Part shown: positions 1 through 8,966 of the stretch, one piece after another | How the letters are laid out: each line of letters opens with the position of its first letter | How positions within the stretch are numbered: position 1 is the stretch's first letter | Assembly (NCBI GenBank): GCA_020348445.1 | Contig: CP070751.1 | Coordinates: forward strand, 64,001-128,000 | Length of the DNA: 64,000 nucleotides | Direction of reading: 5' to 3' | Source: Thermoplasmata archaeon | GTDB lineage: Archaea; Thermoplasmatota; Thermoplasmata; GCA-020350865 | Made by a program: the position numbers and the translations under genes | Notes under the pieces: model-generated | Databases searched by the model: none | The model's input: the letters and a program-made list of their open reading frames with translations, nothing else | What the model was told of the DNA's origin: nothing

Positions 1-1596
1 GTCAAGATCGCTTTTCGATTCAGTAAGTTGGCTCTGGCTAGTCCCATAATCGATTATGCTGTTGGCCTTTTTGTGAGTGAGCCAGTTGATGGTGGCTGTT
101 ATGCCGCTCACCTGAACAGAGATGTCAGTGATAATTGGCGGTCTATCATCGTACTCCTGTGTCATTAAGGTTGCCATGTACGCATCGACAATCCCCCAAC
201 CAAAATCTTCGTTGTATTTATCGCTTTGTTCGGGATCGTATGGATCACCTCTTGCCTCGGCTGTTTCATGAAGAATCCATATCACTTCATCAGGTGTCAG
301 GTTGGGTGCAACCTCGAGCATCATGGCCACCACACCAGCCACATGCGGTGCAGCAAAGGACGTGCCGCTTGCCTCGATTCCAGTTGGAAGCCCGTACCGT
401 TTATAGCTGTTGCGCGTGGGTGCTGTTATGAACTGTCCAGGTGCTGAGATGTCGGGTTTTAGGGCACCGTCCACCCTGGGACCCCTGCTGGAAGAAACGG
501 CTAGTGTATCGTCATCCCGTGATATTGTTTCCTGATCAAAAACCGAAGCAACTACTATTACCTTATCGGGCCAGGCTGTTACACTTGGCGGAGGATTATT
601 TGGCCCGTCGTTACCAGCAGATGTCACAACAATGATTCCAGATTCAGCTGCTGCAGCAGCCGCTTCTCCGGGTGTTCCGTCTATGTCTGAGCTTATGGAA
701 ATCACATCGATCCCATCATATTCATCTGGTTGATCCGGCCAATCAGTGTCCTTGTAATCGATAACCCATTGAATTGATCGCGTCATCTGATCTGATGTGG
801 CTCCAAGATTAATTGAATATTGAACATCTATGATCTTCGCATCTGTTGCCACGCCCATAAAGTCAGGCTCTCCATCCAGGTCCAAATCTGTTGTACCTCC
901 TGTCCCCAAGGCGATGCCGGCACAGTACGTACCATGCCCTACCACATCATTTGGATTGTAGGTCCCGTCCTTTGATGTGGCATCTTCTTCGAATGAGACA
1001 CCGGCCACAAATTTACCCATTAATGACTCGTGATACTCATCCACACCTGTGTCGATGATGGCGATATTGATTCCCTTTCCAGAGTAACCCAATGTCCATG
1101 CCGTGTTGGGGGAATATTCTGTGGAGTTTCGGGCCTTGATTGCCGGGTTACTAACATCCAGATGAGGTTCGATTGGTAATTGAAGTTCTATCATTCCCAC
1201 CCCGGGTAATTGGCGAAGTCTCATGATGTCTTTCAAATGGACATCTCTTGCCGAAATGGTGTTGATGAACTCAAAGACGTACTTCAGTTCTAAATCGAAT
1301 TCTGTGACTATTTCTGAATCTGATTGTTTTAGTTCTCGCTCGTATTTTAAGTAAATCGGCACCCGCTCATTTAAATTGGATGCGATTTTTTCATCTATTA
1401 AATCGTCGATACCGTTGCGATTTTTATCCCTTTCCCAATGCTCCCACCAGAAATCATTGGATGATTCGTCCCCAAAATCGGAGTCGATGGCATCACTTGA
1501 AATTGCCACTGAAAAGCTCGATGACAGGAGCATTATTGAAAATAACCAAAACACTGCAAGAACAGTTTTTTGCATTTTGTACACCTTTTTACCCAT
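1..1596 (-). CDS. Secreted S8 (subtilisin-family) serine peptidase, 3'-partial (runs off the window start)
   Basis: Hand translation of the minus strand gives MGKKVYKMQKTVLAVFWLFSIMLLSSSFSVAIS (signal peptide) and a propeptide. The catalytic motifs follow: IIDTG (Asp codon 1051-1053), GHGTYCAGIA (His 934-936), SAGN and GTSFAAPHVAG (Ser 358-360), then a beta-rich C-terminal domain. There is no stop codon before position 1, so the ORF track omitted it. An alternative start is ATG 1575. Confidence 0.92.
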   Translation of the reverse strand, partial: MGKKVYKMQKTVLAVFWLFSIMLLSSSFSVAISSDAIDSDFGDESSNDFWWEHWERDKNRNGIDDLIDEKIASNLNERVPIYLKYERELKQSDSEIVTEFDLELKYVFEFINTISARDVHLKDIMRLRQLPGVGMIELQLPIEPHLDVSNPAIKARNSTEYSPNTAWTLGYSGKGINIAIIDTGVDEYHESLMGKFVAGVSFEEDATSKDGTYNPNDVVGHGTYCAGIALGTGGTTDLDLDGEPDFMGVATDAKIIDVQYSINLGATSDQMTRSIQWVIDYKDTDWPDQPDEYDGIDVISISSDIDGTPGEAAAAAAESGIIVVTSAGNDGPNNPPPSVTAWPDKVIVVASVFDQETISRDDDTLAVSSSRGPRVDGALKPDISAPGQFITAPTRNSYKRYGLPTGIEASGTSFAAPHVAGVVAMMLEVAPNLTPDEVIWILHETAEARGDPYDPEQSDKYNEDFGWGIVDAYMATLMTQEYDDRPPIITDISVQVSGITATINWLTHKKANSIIDYGTSQSQLTESKSDLD

Positions 1597-1725
1597 CTTT
1601 TTGCGTTTTTTTCGGATAAGGGATATTGTCTCCTCAGTAAACCACTATTGATTATTATTATATAAATATTATATGGTAATTACCCATCTTAACCACATAA
1701 CCAAGGCCTATTTGGGCTTTTTGGT

Positions 1726-2643
1726 CTAATATGGATATACCTTTCCTAGAACCTCCATGGAGGTCAATGCCGCAACCGCGCCCTCTGCACACGCCGTGAC
1801 CACCTGTCTCAGCCCACCTGTGACATCACCTGCCGCATAAACCCTCTTGATGTTGGTTCTCATGTTTCTATCGGTTTTAATGTATCCCTTTACGTCCAAT
1901 TCCACTCCTATTTGCGCAGCCAGCTGACTTTGGGGCTCTTCGCCTATTGAAACGAAGACAGCAGCCACCTTCATCTCGGACTTGCTCGCGTCTTTTACAT
2001 TGTGTAATACAACCTTTTCTACCTTATCTTCACCTTTTATTTCTTCCATGTGGGTTTCATAGAGTATTTTCACGCCCACCTCCTGGGCTTTGTCCTTGTA
2101 GGCATCCTCGGCTCGAAGCATGTCCCTTCGGTGAACCACGGTGGCATCAAGACCCATCTGTTTCAGTGCAATGGCCTCTATCAGGGCGCTGTTGCCTCCG
2201 CCCACAACCAGTGCCGATTTACCCTTGAAAAAGGGACCATCGCAGGTTGCGCAGTAGGAAACACCCCTTCCAGTGAGCTTCTCTTCGCCCTCTATGCCCA
2301 GTTTCCTGTGTTTAGTGCCTGTAGCGATTATGACAGCACCGACATCGTAGGTGGCTTTGGAGGTGGTTATCTTGACCTCGCCTTCTGAGACCTCCAATTT
2401 GGTAACATCTTCTACCAAGTTGATCTTCATGTATTTTTCCAGATGCTCCCTCATCTTGTCTGAAAGCTCCATTCCCGAGATGCTTTTAAAACCTGGATAG
2501 TTCTCTATTTCAGGGGATAAGGCCATGAGACCCCCGCCTGCACCCGAGTCGAACAATACGGCCTTGATGCCCGCTCTTGTTGCATATATTCCTGCCGTGA
2601 ATCCAGCGGGGCCGCCGCCTATGATGGCAAGTTCATAATCCAT
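1726..2643 (-). CDS. trxB: Thioredoxin-disulfide reductase
   Basis: GGGPAG FAD motif, GVSYCATCDG redox CxxC, VVGGGNSA NADPH motif, VYAAGDV and RQVVTA; 305 aa. Confidence 0.95.
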   Translation of the reverse strand: MDYELAIIGGGPAGFTAGIYATRAGIKAVLFDSGAGGGLMALSPEIENYPGFKSISGMELSDKMREHLEKYMKINLVEDVTKLEVSEGEVKITTSKATYDVGAVIIATGTKHRKLGIEGEEKLTGRGVSYCATCDGPFFKGKSALVVGGGNSALIEAIALKQMGLDATVVHRRDMLRAEDAYKDKAQEVGVKILYETHMEEIKGEDKVEKVVLHNVKDASKSEMKVAAVFVSIGEEPQSQLAAQIGVELDVKGYIKTDRNMRTNIKRVYAAGDVTGGLRQVVTACAEGAVAALTSMEVLGKVYPY

Positions 2644-2834
2644 GATACCGCCGTAATTATGTCTAGATTGAAAATAATGTTAAAACTGTATATTATGTTT
2701 TTGGTTGACATGTTGACCTATCCAATTTAATTTTGCTTTTTCCTCTGCTATATCGTTTTCCCTTTATGTTTATTTACCCAAATCAACCCAATCTCTTATA
2801 TATAAAACCGTTCATTTCCGTTTTCTGTGAGAAA

Positions 2835-4733
2835 TTGAAGAACAACATCTACAGTGTAATTGGCATGGGCCTTCTGTTTGTGATCGTTCAGATCATTGCA
2901 ATTGCCATTGCACCCATATACAGCCATACCCAATCCGAGGCCATGGGCGGCAGGGAGACCATCGAAAATCCCAGCTTCGCCTTCTTCTATCTTGGTATCA
3001 TACTTCTGTTCACGTTCGTTATATTGTGGATAGCAAAGCGCAAGAAGGAGAAGTTCATCAAAGTCCTTATTCTGGCGGCTATCTTCATGACAATGGTTTA
3101 CCTTTTCATACCACTTAATATCGCTATTATGTATCCGTCCTCTGGGGATGGATGGAAATTCACGGAAGTGGACGCTGATGTAGTTGCCCTTGAGGCCGAG
3201 GATATTGATGGCGATGGTGTAATCGAGATAATTGCAGGCTGCGCTGACAATAGGATCAGGGTCTATGAGAGTGAGAACCACACTCTTGAGTGGGAGAGCG
3301 GAGATTTAGGTTCCAACATAACACAAATATTGGCCGATAATTTGGATAATGATGAATTTTTTGAAATTGCAGTTGTTTGCGATACCATTAATGTATTTTC
3401 TGGGGAGAACTTATCAAACAATTGGACTCTTGGCCCCGCAAATCTCAGCATCGTCGCAGCTTATGATTTGAATGCAAATGGAACATCTGAACTCATAGTG
3501 GGAACAGAGAATGCGAGCATAATGATATTCGAGTCTGGGTTGCTTGTAAGGGAGATCAACGTCTCGTCAAATCTGCACAATATTTCGCATCTTGACACAA
3601 CTGATGACGGGCAGATAGTTGCCGCCGATAATACGACAATTATATTACTTGATCCCGCAACTGAAGAAATCTTGCTTAAAATAACTGAAAGGGAGGAGAT
3701 AAATGCACTTTTGGTGGTTCATGATCCCTCAGGCGAGGATAACTTAATTGTTGCCGATGCCAACAGGGTTTACTTTTATAACCTGGCCAGTTCGGAATTT
3801 GTCAGGCGTGGTCCCAAGTTCCGCGATGTCGAGGCTATGTACCTTGAGTATTACTCCATTCCAGATTATAAGGATGATATCCCGGATGTCATCGCATTCG
3901 GTGATGATACCGTTTACTTCTCTCCTGATTTGCTGAAAGAACGTGATTCTTATTATTACCTGAGGTTCAGATACGATGTTCACTCGATACTTAGCAAGGA
4001 CCTGGACGCAGACGGTGACAATGAGATGATTATGGGTGTGGATGAAGGTTACAGGCACACGTCCATCGTATTTGGCGAGGGGGCGAACATGGCGCTGCCC
4101 ATAATCATCGCCATCGTCATCGCCTTTTTGCTCACACTAATAGTTCACAAGTATCCTGAATGGTATGTAGTGGACGCTGTTGGTCTTGTCATGGCTATAG
4201 GAGCAACTGTTATACTGGGGGTCACATTTGCGATTCTTCCTGCCATTGTTCTTCTTCTGGTCCTTGCCATATATGACGCCATATCAGTTTACAAGACAAA
4301 GCACATGATAAGCCTGGCTGATAGTGTAATAGATTTAAATCTTCCTGTTTTGTTGGTTATTCCAAAGAAGCTGGGTTACTCATTTAGAAAGGAAAAGCCA
4401 CGTCTAAAGGAGCAGCTTGAATCAGGGGAAGAGAGGGAGGCAATGTTCATGGGACTTGGAGACATAGTCATACCGAGCCTTTTGATCGTGTCCGCCCTTT
4501 CCTTTTTGCCCGATACAAGCAGCGGGATTGGGGTACCAGGCAATCTTCTGGTTTGTATAGGAACCATGATAGGAATCTTGATTGGATTCTCGGTTTTGAT
4601 GAGATATGTCATGAAAGGCAATCCCCAGGCAGGCCTTCCCCTCCTGAACTCGGGAGCAATTACAGGCTATATAATCACCTACATCATCGTTTTTGGTAAT
4701 TTCGGATTCGGCTTCAACCTGAACTTCATATGA
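2835..4733 (+). CDS. Presenilin-family (A22, GxGD) intramembrane aspartyl protease with an inserted FG-GAP-like ectodomain
   Basis: YPEWYVVD, LAIYDAISV (Asp 4275-4277), MGLGD (Asp 4461-4463) and PQAGLP motifs match archaeal presenilin homologues; about 9 hydrophobic helices. The probable start is TTG 2835 (MKNNIYSVIG); the ORF track extends to 2733. Insertion at about 3132-4088. Confidence 0.92.
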   Translation: MKNNIYSVIGMGLLFVIVQIIAIAIAPIYSHTQSEAMGGRETIENPSFAFFYLGIILLFTFVILWIAKRKKEKFIKVLILAAIFMTMVYLFIPLNIAIMYPSSGDGWKFTEVDADVVALEAEDIDGDGVIEIIAGCADNRIRVYESENHTLEWESGDLGSNITQILADNLDNDEFFEIAVVCDTINVFSGENLSNNWTLGPANLSIVAAYDLNANGTSELIVGTENASIMIFESGLLVREINVSSNLHNISHLDTTDDGQIVAADNTTIILLDPATEEILLKITEREEINALLVVHDPSGEDNLIVADANRVYFYNLASSEFVRRGPKFRDVEAMYLEYYSIPDYKDDIPDVIAFGDDTVYFSPDLLKERDSYYYLRFRYDVHSILSKDLDADGDNEMIMGVDEGYRHTSIVFGEGANMALPIIIAIVIAFLLTLIVHKYPEWYVVDAVGLVMAIGATVILGVTFAILPAIVLLLVLAIYDAISVYKTKHMISLADSVIDLNLPVLLVIPKKLGYSFRKEKPRLKEQLESGEEREAMFMGLGDIVIPSLLIVSALSFLPDTSSGIGVPGNLLVCIGTMIGILIGFSVLMRYVMKGNPQAGLPLLNSGAITGYIITYIIVFGNFGFGFNLNFI

Positions 4734-4742
4734 GGTGGGAAA

Positions 4743-5378
4743 ATGAGGATATTGGCTATTGCAGATGTCCATGGCTCAAAAGAGGCAAGAAAGAAAGTTG
4801 ATGCCCAGATAAGGGATTATATTCCAAACATCGTGATCGTGGATGGCGATATTACACAGTTCGGCCCCCCTGCATGGGCAGAGGAATTTCTAAACAGTAT
4901 TATGCTGAAGACATTGGCTTTACCAGGTAACTGCGATCCAAGGGGAGTTCTGGAGGCAATTGAGAACAGCCAGGCAATTCCCCTGCATGCCAAAAAAGTG
5001 GATGTCGGAGATTATGCTGTGGTTGGCCTGGGCGGCTCAAATGCCACACCTTTTGGCACACCCTTTGAGCTTTCAGAGGATGAGATATACAGTGCCTTGG
5101 ATGATCTCATGGTTGAGGGAGCTCTGCTGGTTGTCCATGCCCCACCGAAGGGGCATGTAGATAAAACCTCAAGCCAGACACACTCGGGAAGCCAGGCAAT
5201 CGCAGACATCATTTCCAAATACTCACCACCTCTTGTTATCTCTGCACATATACACGAGGCAAGAGGTGTGGAAAGAGAAGGGGCAACCACTTATGTGAAC
5301 CCCGGACCTGCTTCAAGGGGCTACGCAGCTGTTATAGATTTAAATGGTGAGGTAAAGGTCGAGCTGATCCAAAGCTAA
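4743..5378 (+). CDS. Calcineurin-like metallophosphoesterase (Icc-related)
   Basis: ADVHG, DGD, GNCD, VHAPP and AHIHE motifs; GGTGG RBS; starts 10 bp after the presenilin gene, so probably co-transcribed. Confidence 0.9.
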   Translation: MRILAIADVHGSKEARKKVDAQIRDYIPNIVIVDGDITQFGPPAWAEEFLNSIMLKTLALPGNCDPRGVLEAIENSQAIPLHAKKVDVGDYAVVGLGGSNATPFGTPFELSEDEIYSALDDLMVEGALLVVHAPPKGHVDKTSSQTHSGSQAIADIISKYSPPLVISAHIHEARGVEREGATTYVNPGPASRGYAAVIDLNGEVKVELIQS

Positions 5379-5564
5379 GGCTCCCCTATGTCCATATCTG
5401 GTAATTCAATGAGAATTTTGAGGGAGGATTGACTTGATACAAAGCTAAGGCTCCCCTATGTCCATATCTGGTAATTCAATGAGAATTATGAGGGGGGGTT
5501 GACTTGATACAAAGCTAAGGCTCCCCTATGACCCTATCTGGTAATTTAATTAGAATTTCGAGGG
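5365..5564. repeat. 70-bp tandem repeat, about 2.8 copies, overlapping the metallophosphoesterase stop codon
   Basis: aaagctaaggctcccctatg starts at 5371, 5441 and 5511 (period 70). Copies 1 and 2 differ at 3 of 70 positions; copy 3 differs from copy 1 at 5 of 54 positions. Confidence 0.95.
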
Positions 5565-5660
5565 TATAATCATCTATATTCTCTGCCTAGAATTTTTAGG
5601 TATTATTAAATACAAGATATTTACTTAATGTTAATAATATTATCATGAGGAAGGACCCTT

Positions 5661-6047
5661 ATGAAAAGGCCAACATCAATTTATAAAAAGGGGCAACTCT
5701 TTGTTTCGGCAGTTTTCGCACTGGATATTCTGTTGTGTTTCACTTTATTGATTTTGGTTACCCTTTTACTAGTTTCCGAAAATCTTCAACCCAGGATAAT
5801 AAAGGATGAAATTGTTGAGCAGTTTTCTTTACCTGCGTCTATTATCGGATTCTGTTTGGCTGCGATTCTGATGTTGAATATGAGATATTTTGTTTCCTCT
5901 TTTAGAGGGACTTTATTATTTCTCAGAATCAGTTTTCTTGCGGGTATGGCCCACTTGATCTGTGCACTTGCCCTTATCTTCTACTGTGCCACCCATTTGG
6001 GTCAGCTTACCGTATATCTGGGTCATATATACAGGGATTATGGTTAA
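5661..6047 (+). CDS. Hypothetical integral membrane protein (about 3 TM helices)
   Basis: 128-aa ORF with a GAGG-type RBS and three long hydrophobic stretches; no family recognised. Confidence 0.6.
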   Translation: MKRPTSIYKKGQLFVSAVFALDILLCFTLLILVTLLLVSENLQPRIIKDEIVEQFSLPASIIGFCLAAILMLNMRYFVSSFRGTLLFLRISFLAGMAHLICALALIFYCATHLGQLTVYLGHIYRDYG

Positions 6048-6255
6048 ATACATCTAGCAAATGCAGTTTTTTTATTTGGTCTGTTTATCTTCTTTATCCT
6101 GTATCTTAGGCCCTCGACTTCCAAGGCTTAACTCCAAAACATCTTCTGAAAGTCTAATCCTTTCACCCGCATCAGGCACACCCAAAAATATATAATACCT
6201 ATTTAACATCATATGGCCAGAATAAATGCAGAAAATTTGAATTTCGGTGGTTACA

Positions 6256-6483
6256 ATGCGAGAAAAAATCGAGAAGATAATTGATGAGCAAATCAGGCCC
6301 GGACTGCAGATGGACGGCGGGGACATAGAGCTTGTTGATGTTGATTCGGACGGTACAGTCAAGGTGCGTCTTATGGGAGCCTGCGGCGGATGCCCAATGT
6401 CCCAGATAACGCTCACCATGGGGGTTGAGAGAAAGCTAAAAGAGGAGATCCCCGAGGTAAAGGCCGTGGTTGCAGTTCCGTGA
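6256..6483 (+). CDS. nfuA: NifU C-terminal (Nfu) domain Fe-S cluster carrier
   Basis: IRPGLQMDGGDIELV...VRLMGACGGCPMSQITL with the Nfu CxxC; GGTGG RBS ahead of ATG 6256. Confidence 0.9.
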   Translation: MREKIEKIIDEQIRPGLQMDGGDIELVDVDSDGTVKVRLMGACGGCPMSQITLTMGVERKLKEEIPEVKAVVAVP

Positions 6484-6494
6484 TCCTTTAATTT

Positions 6495-6519
6495 GGTTTT
6501 CTTTTTTTAAAAAAAAAAA
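6495..6519 (+). terminator. Oligo-T / oligo-A tract after nfu, probable intrinsic terminator
   Basis: ggttttc, then T7 (6502-6508), then A11 (6509-6519), just after the stop at 6483. Confidence 0.5.
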
Positions 6520-6665
6520 CACTAAGGATGGGAAAATAGCGGGTTAAATTATCGGCCAATACCCCGATTTAACCCAAAATTTAAATGATATTAACACCTT
6601 TTCAGTAATAGAGCAAGGCAATTCACACAAGCAATTGCAATCGAGCGAAGTCGAGGATGAGTAAC

Positions 6666-6791
6666 ATGACAACCATATTTCCATCGTGTCCACAGTGCAG
6701 TGAGGGAGTGCTTCTGCCCTTTTCAAGGGGCCAAGACCTGTTCGAACTCTGGAAATGCAGCAAATGTGGGCATACAATCTATAAGAAGTAA
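6666..6791 (+). CDS. Small 41-aa zinc-ribbon protein (CPxC...CxxC)
   Basis: MTTIFPSCPQCSEGVLLPFSRGQDLFELWKCSKCGHTIYKK*; GAGG RBS upstream and TTTAAA near 6580. Below the length cutoff of the ORF track. Confidence 0.8.
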   Translation: MTTIFPSCPQCSEGVLLPFSRGQDLFELWKCSKCGHTIYKK

Positions 6792-7348
6792 CGATGTTCC
6801 TGCAATACCTGTTCGCAATTCTATGCCCTTGTAGTGATTGGGTTGGTGGTGGCAGTAACTTCAACTTACTTTATAGCTCCAAAGCTGGTAATAAATAGCC
6901 CGTGATTCTGAATGCCAATTTATTAGATTTTGATCTTGATTAGCTATTTTTATTTCTGGGTGGGAGTCCTGAGGCTTAAGATATAATTATTTCATAGCAT
7001 AACCGAAGGACAAAGTGGTCTATAAATAAATCGTTTAATAGATGGAATAGACCACGACGGTGGGGGCTAGGAGGAGGGGTGAGATGGAGAAGGTAAGTAA
7101 AAGAGGATTAGATGGATAGAGGGAAGAAGAGGAGAGGTAACGCGGAGGAGATAAGGTTAAGGAGGGCAATCTAAAGGACCTTAATCACACTGTTTTTTTA
7201 TTGTGGGTGGGAGGCGGGGGAAAGGTGGTGGGGCAAAGAGGAAGAGATAAGGTGGAGGATTTAAGGTGGAGAGCCTAATTTGACATCCAAATAAAATCTT
7301 CAAAAAAATCGATAGGCTGATAAAGAAAGGAAACAATATACGATTCAC

Positions 7349-8383
7349 ATGTTCCTGAAACTCCATCTTGCTGATCTAGAAGGTGCCAAGAAGGTCATGC
7401 CCAGGTATTTTAGAATACTGGATGGCGAGGAGGTGGCCTCCTTTCTCAAATCCAAAAGATACCCTATCGCCATTGACTTTGGTTCTCCCGAGGATGTCCT
7501 TTGGGAGGAGCACGATAAGATAATAAAGAGCCAGGGGAGGGCCTCCGAATTAACTGAAAATCCACAATCATCCTTACTTGATCTCAAACTAAAACTCTCA
7601 AGACATATGCTGGCATCCTGTGATTTATGCGAGAGAAGATGCGAAGCAAACAGGTTGAAGGGAAAGAAAGGGCACTGCGGTGTTCTTCAATCGAAAATCT
7701 CCTCTGAATTCGTACATTGGGGAGAGGAGCCCGAGCTTGTCCCCTCCCATACAATATTCTTCTCAGGCTGCACTTTCAACTGCGTGTTCTGCCAGAACTG
7801 GGACATAAGCCAGAATCCAAAGGGCGGTAATGTGATGTCACCCCGCAGGGTTGCCGAGATAATTGAAAGGCGCAGCGAGACAACAAAAAACACGAACTGG
7901 GTGGGAGGCGATCCCACATCCAACTTGCCCTTTATTCTCGAATGTCTCACCTACAGCAATGTCAACACACCCCAGGTCTGGAACTCCAATATGTACGTCA
8001 CAGAAAAGACCATGAGATTGCTTGACGGCATAATAGATGTATATCTTACCGACTTCAAATACGGCAATGATGAATGCGCCAAGAGGCTCTCCAATGCAAC
8101 CAATTACTGGGAGATAGTCACAAGAAACCATAAGATGGCTAGGGCACAGTGCGAGATGATAATAAGGCATCTTGTTCTTCCCGGTCATTTTAAATGCTGC
8201 ACAAAACCTATTCTTACCTGGATTTCCGAGAACCTCAAAAATGTCAGGGTAAATGTAATGGACCAGTACCGACCCGAATATAATGCTTATGAACACGAGG
8301 AACTGACAAGGAAGCTGCATAAGAACGAGTTCGCAGCGGCGTTTGACCTGGCCCAGGATCTTGGACTCAGCATCACAGATTGA
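7349..8383 (+). CDS. pflX: Radical SAM protein, PflX-like (PFL-activating enzyme family)
   Basis: GCTFNCVFCQN radical SAM CxxxCxxC, N-terminal CDLCERRC...CG motif, WVGGDPT, WNSNMY, YLTDFKYG, RHLVLPG, VMDQYRP. Confidence 0.85.
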   Translation: MFLKLHLADLEGAKKVMPRYFRILDGEEVASFLKSKRYPIAIDFGSPEDVLWEEHDKIIKSQGRASELTENPQSSLLDLKLKLSRHMLASCDLCERRCEANRLKGKKGHCGVLQSKISSEFVHWGEEPELVPSHTIFFSGCTFNCVFCQNWDISQNPKGGNVMSPRRVAEIIERRSETTKNTNWVGGDPTSNLPFILECLTYSNVNTPQVWNSNMYVTEKTMRLLDGIIDVYLTDFKYGNDECAKRLSNATNYWEIVTRNHKMARAQCEMIIRHLVLPGHFKCCTKPILTWISENLKNVRVNVMDQYRPEYNAYEHEELTRKLHKNEFAAAFDLAQDLGLSITD

Positions 8384-8434
8384 TTTTTTTCTGTTTTATT
8401 AAAATTAGACATATATGATATTAAAAACAACATA

Positions 8435-8442
8435 TTTAAATA
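8435..8442 (+). promoter_or_regulatory. TATA box of a probable leaderless transcript
   Basis: TTTAAATA ends 27 bp before ATG 8469, the spacing typical of archaeal leaderless mRNAs. Confidence 0.5.
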
Positions 8443-8468
8443 CCAATAAAAATCTTCAAAATTCGAAG

Positions 8469-8966
8469 ATGAACATGGCAAAGATATCTGGTTTTTCAGT
8501 TGAAGAGGGCAAGATACCCAAGCTGTCTTTGAGAGACTGGGTCCTGGCGATAATCCAGGATAAAGAGAAAAGAAAGAACAAGGATGCCATCTTCATAATG
8601 AACGAGGTTTTTATTTTTGTAAACGAAGTTGTACCGTCATTAAAATCTGAATTTGATTTCAAGAGCGCGTGGTGCGGTCCGTACAGCGAAAAGGTGGTAA
8701 AGAGTTTAGAGCATTTTATTGATGCAAAGGTCCTTGAGGTAAAGGAGAGCAAATCCACGGCAATAGGTTTTACCTATGAATTGACAGAGAGCGGTGCCAA
8801 GAAGGCATCCGAGATTACGTCAAAGCTTCCTGCTTCACTGAGGGACAAGATAGAGTTTTTAAAGACAGCGGTATCGCATATGGGCCCCACTGGAATGTTC
8901 CAGTACATATACTCGATATATCCTGAGTATGTGTTTCTGAGGGAGGGAGGAGAGAACATTGTATGA
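8469..8966 (+). CDS. Winged-helix protein resembling the DUF4065/SocA (Panacea)/YwgA-like family
   Basis: FDFKSAWCGPYSEKV...YELTESG...YIYSIYPEY pattern recalled from this family. The start is probably ATG 8469 or 8475 rather than 8415. Confidence 0.6.
   Translation: MNMAKISGFSVEEGKIPKLSLRDWVLAIIQDKEKRKNKDAIFIMNEVFIFVNEVVPSLKSEFDFKSAWCGPYSEKVVKSLEHFIDAKVLEVKESKSTAIGFTYELTESGAKKASEITSKLPASLRDKIEFLKTAVSHMGPTGMFQYIYSIYPEYVFLREGGENIV

Noticed and set aside
135-1651. Plus-strand ORFs at 135, 226, 441, 1376 and 1380
   Set aside because: All are antisense to the S8 peptidase, which has an intact catalytic triad.
1726-1740. taatatggatata, matching part of the array promoter motif
   Set aside because: It encodes the trxB C-terminus (VYPY*) and lacks the TATA/BRE half, so it is probably a coincidence.
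3132-4088. The presenilin insert as an intein
   Set aside because: It has no N-terminal Cys/Ser splice block, no terminal His-Asn and no LAGLIDADG motif; it has DxDxDG repeats and sequons instead.
5365-5564. The 70-bp repeat as a mini-CRISPR or as replication-origin ORB elements
   Set aside because: There are no unique spacers, the match to the ORB consensus is weak (a TCCA and a G-run only), and no cdc6/orc1 gene is nearby.
6072-6419. Minus-strand 115-aa ORF and its 35-aa GTG-started tail (6179-6072)
   Set aside because: It is mostly antisense to nfu, and the short version has no RBS, no recognisable motif and a TATA box too close to the start.
6544-6864. Cys-rich 106-aa minus-strand ORF
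   Set aside because: It is antisense to the better-supported zinc-ribbon ORF and its cysteines form no coherent motif.
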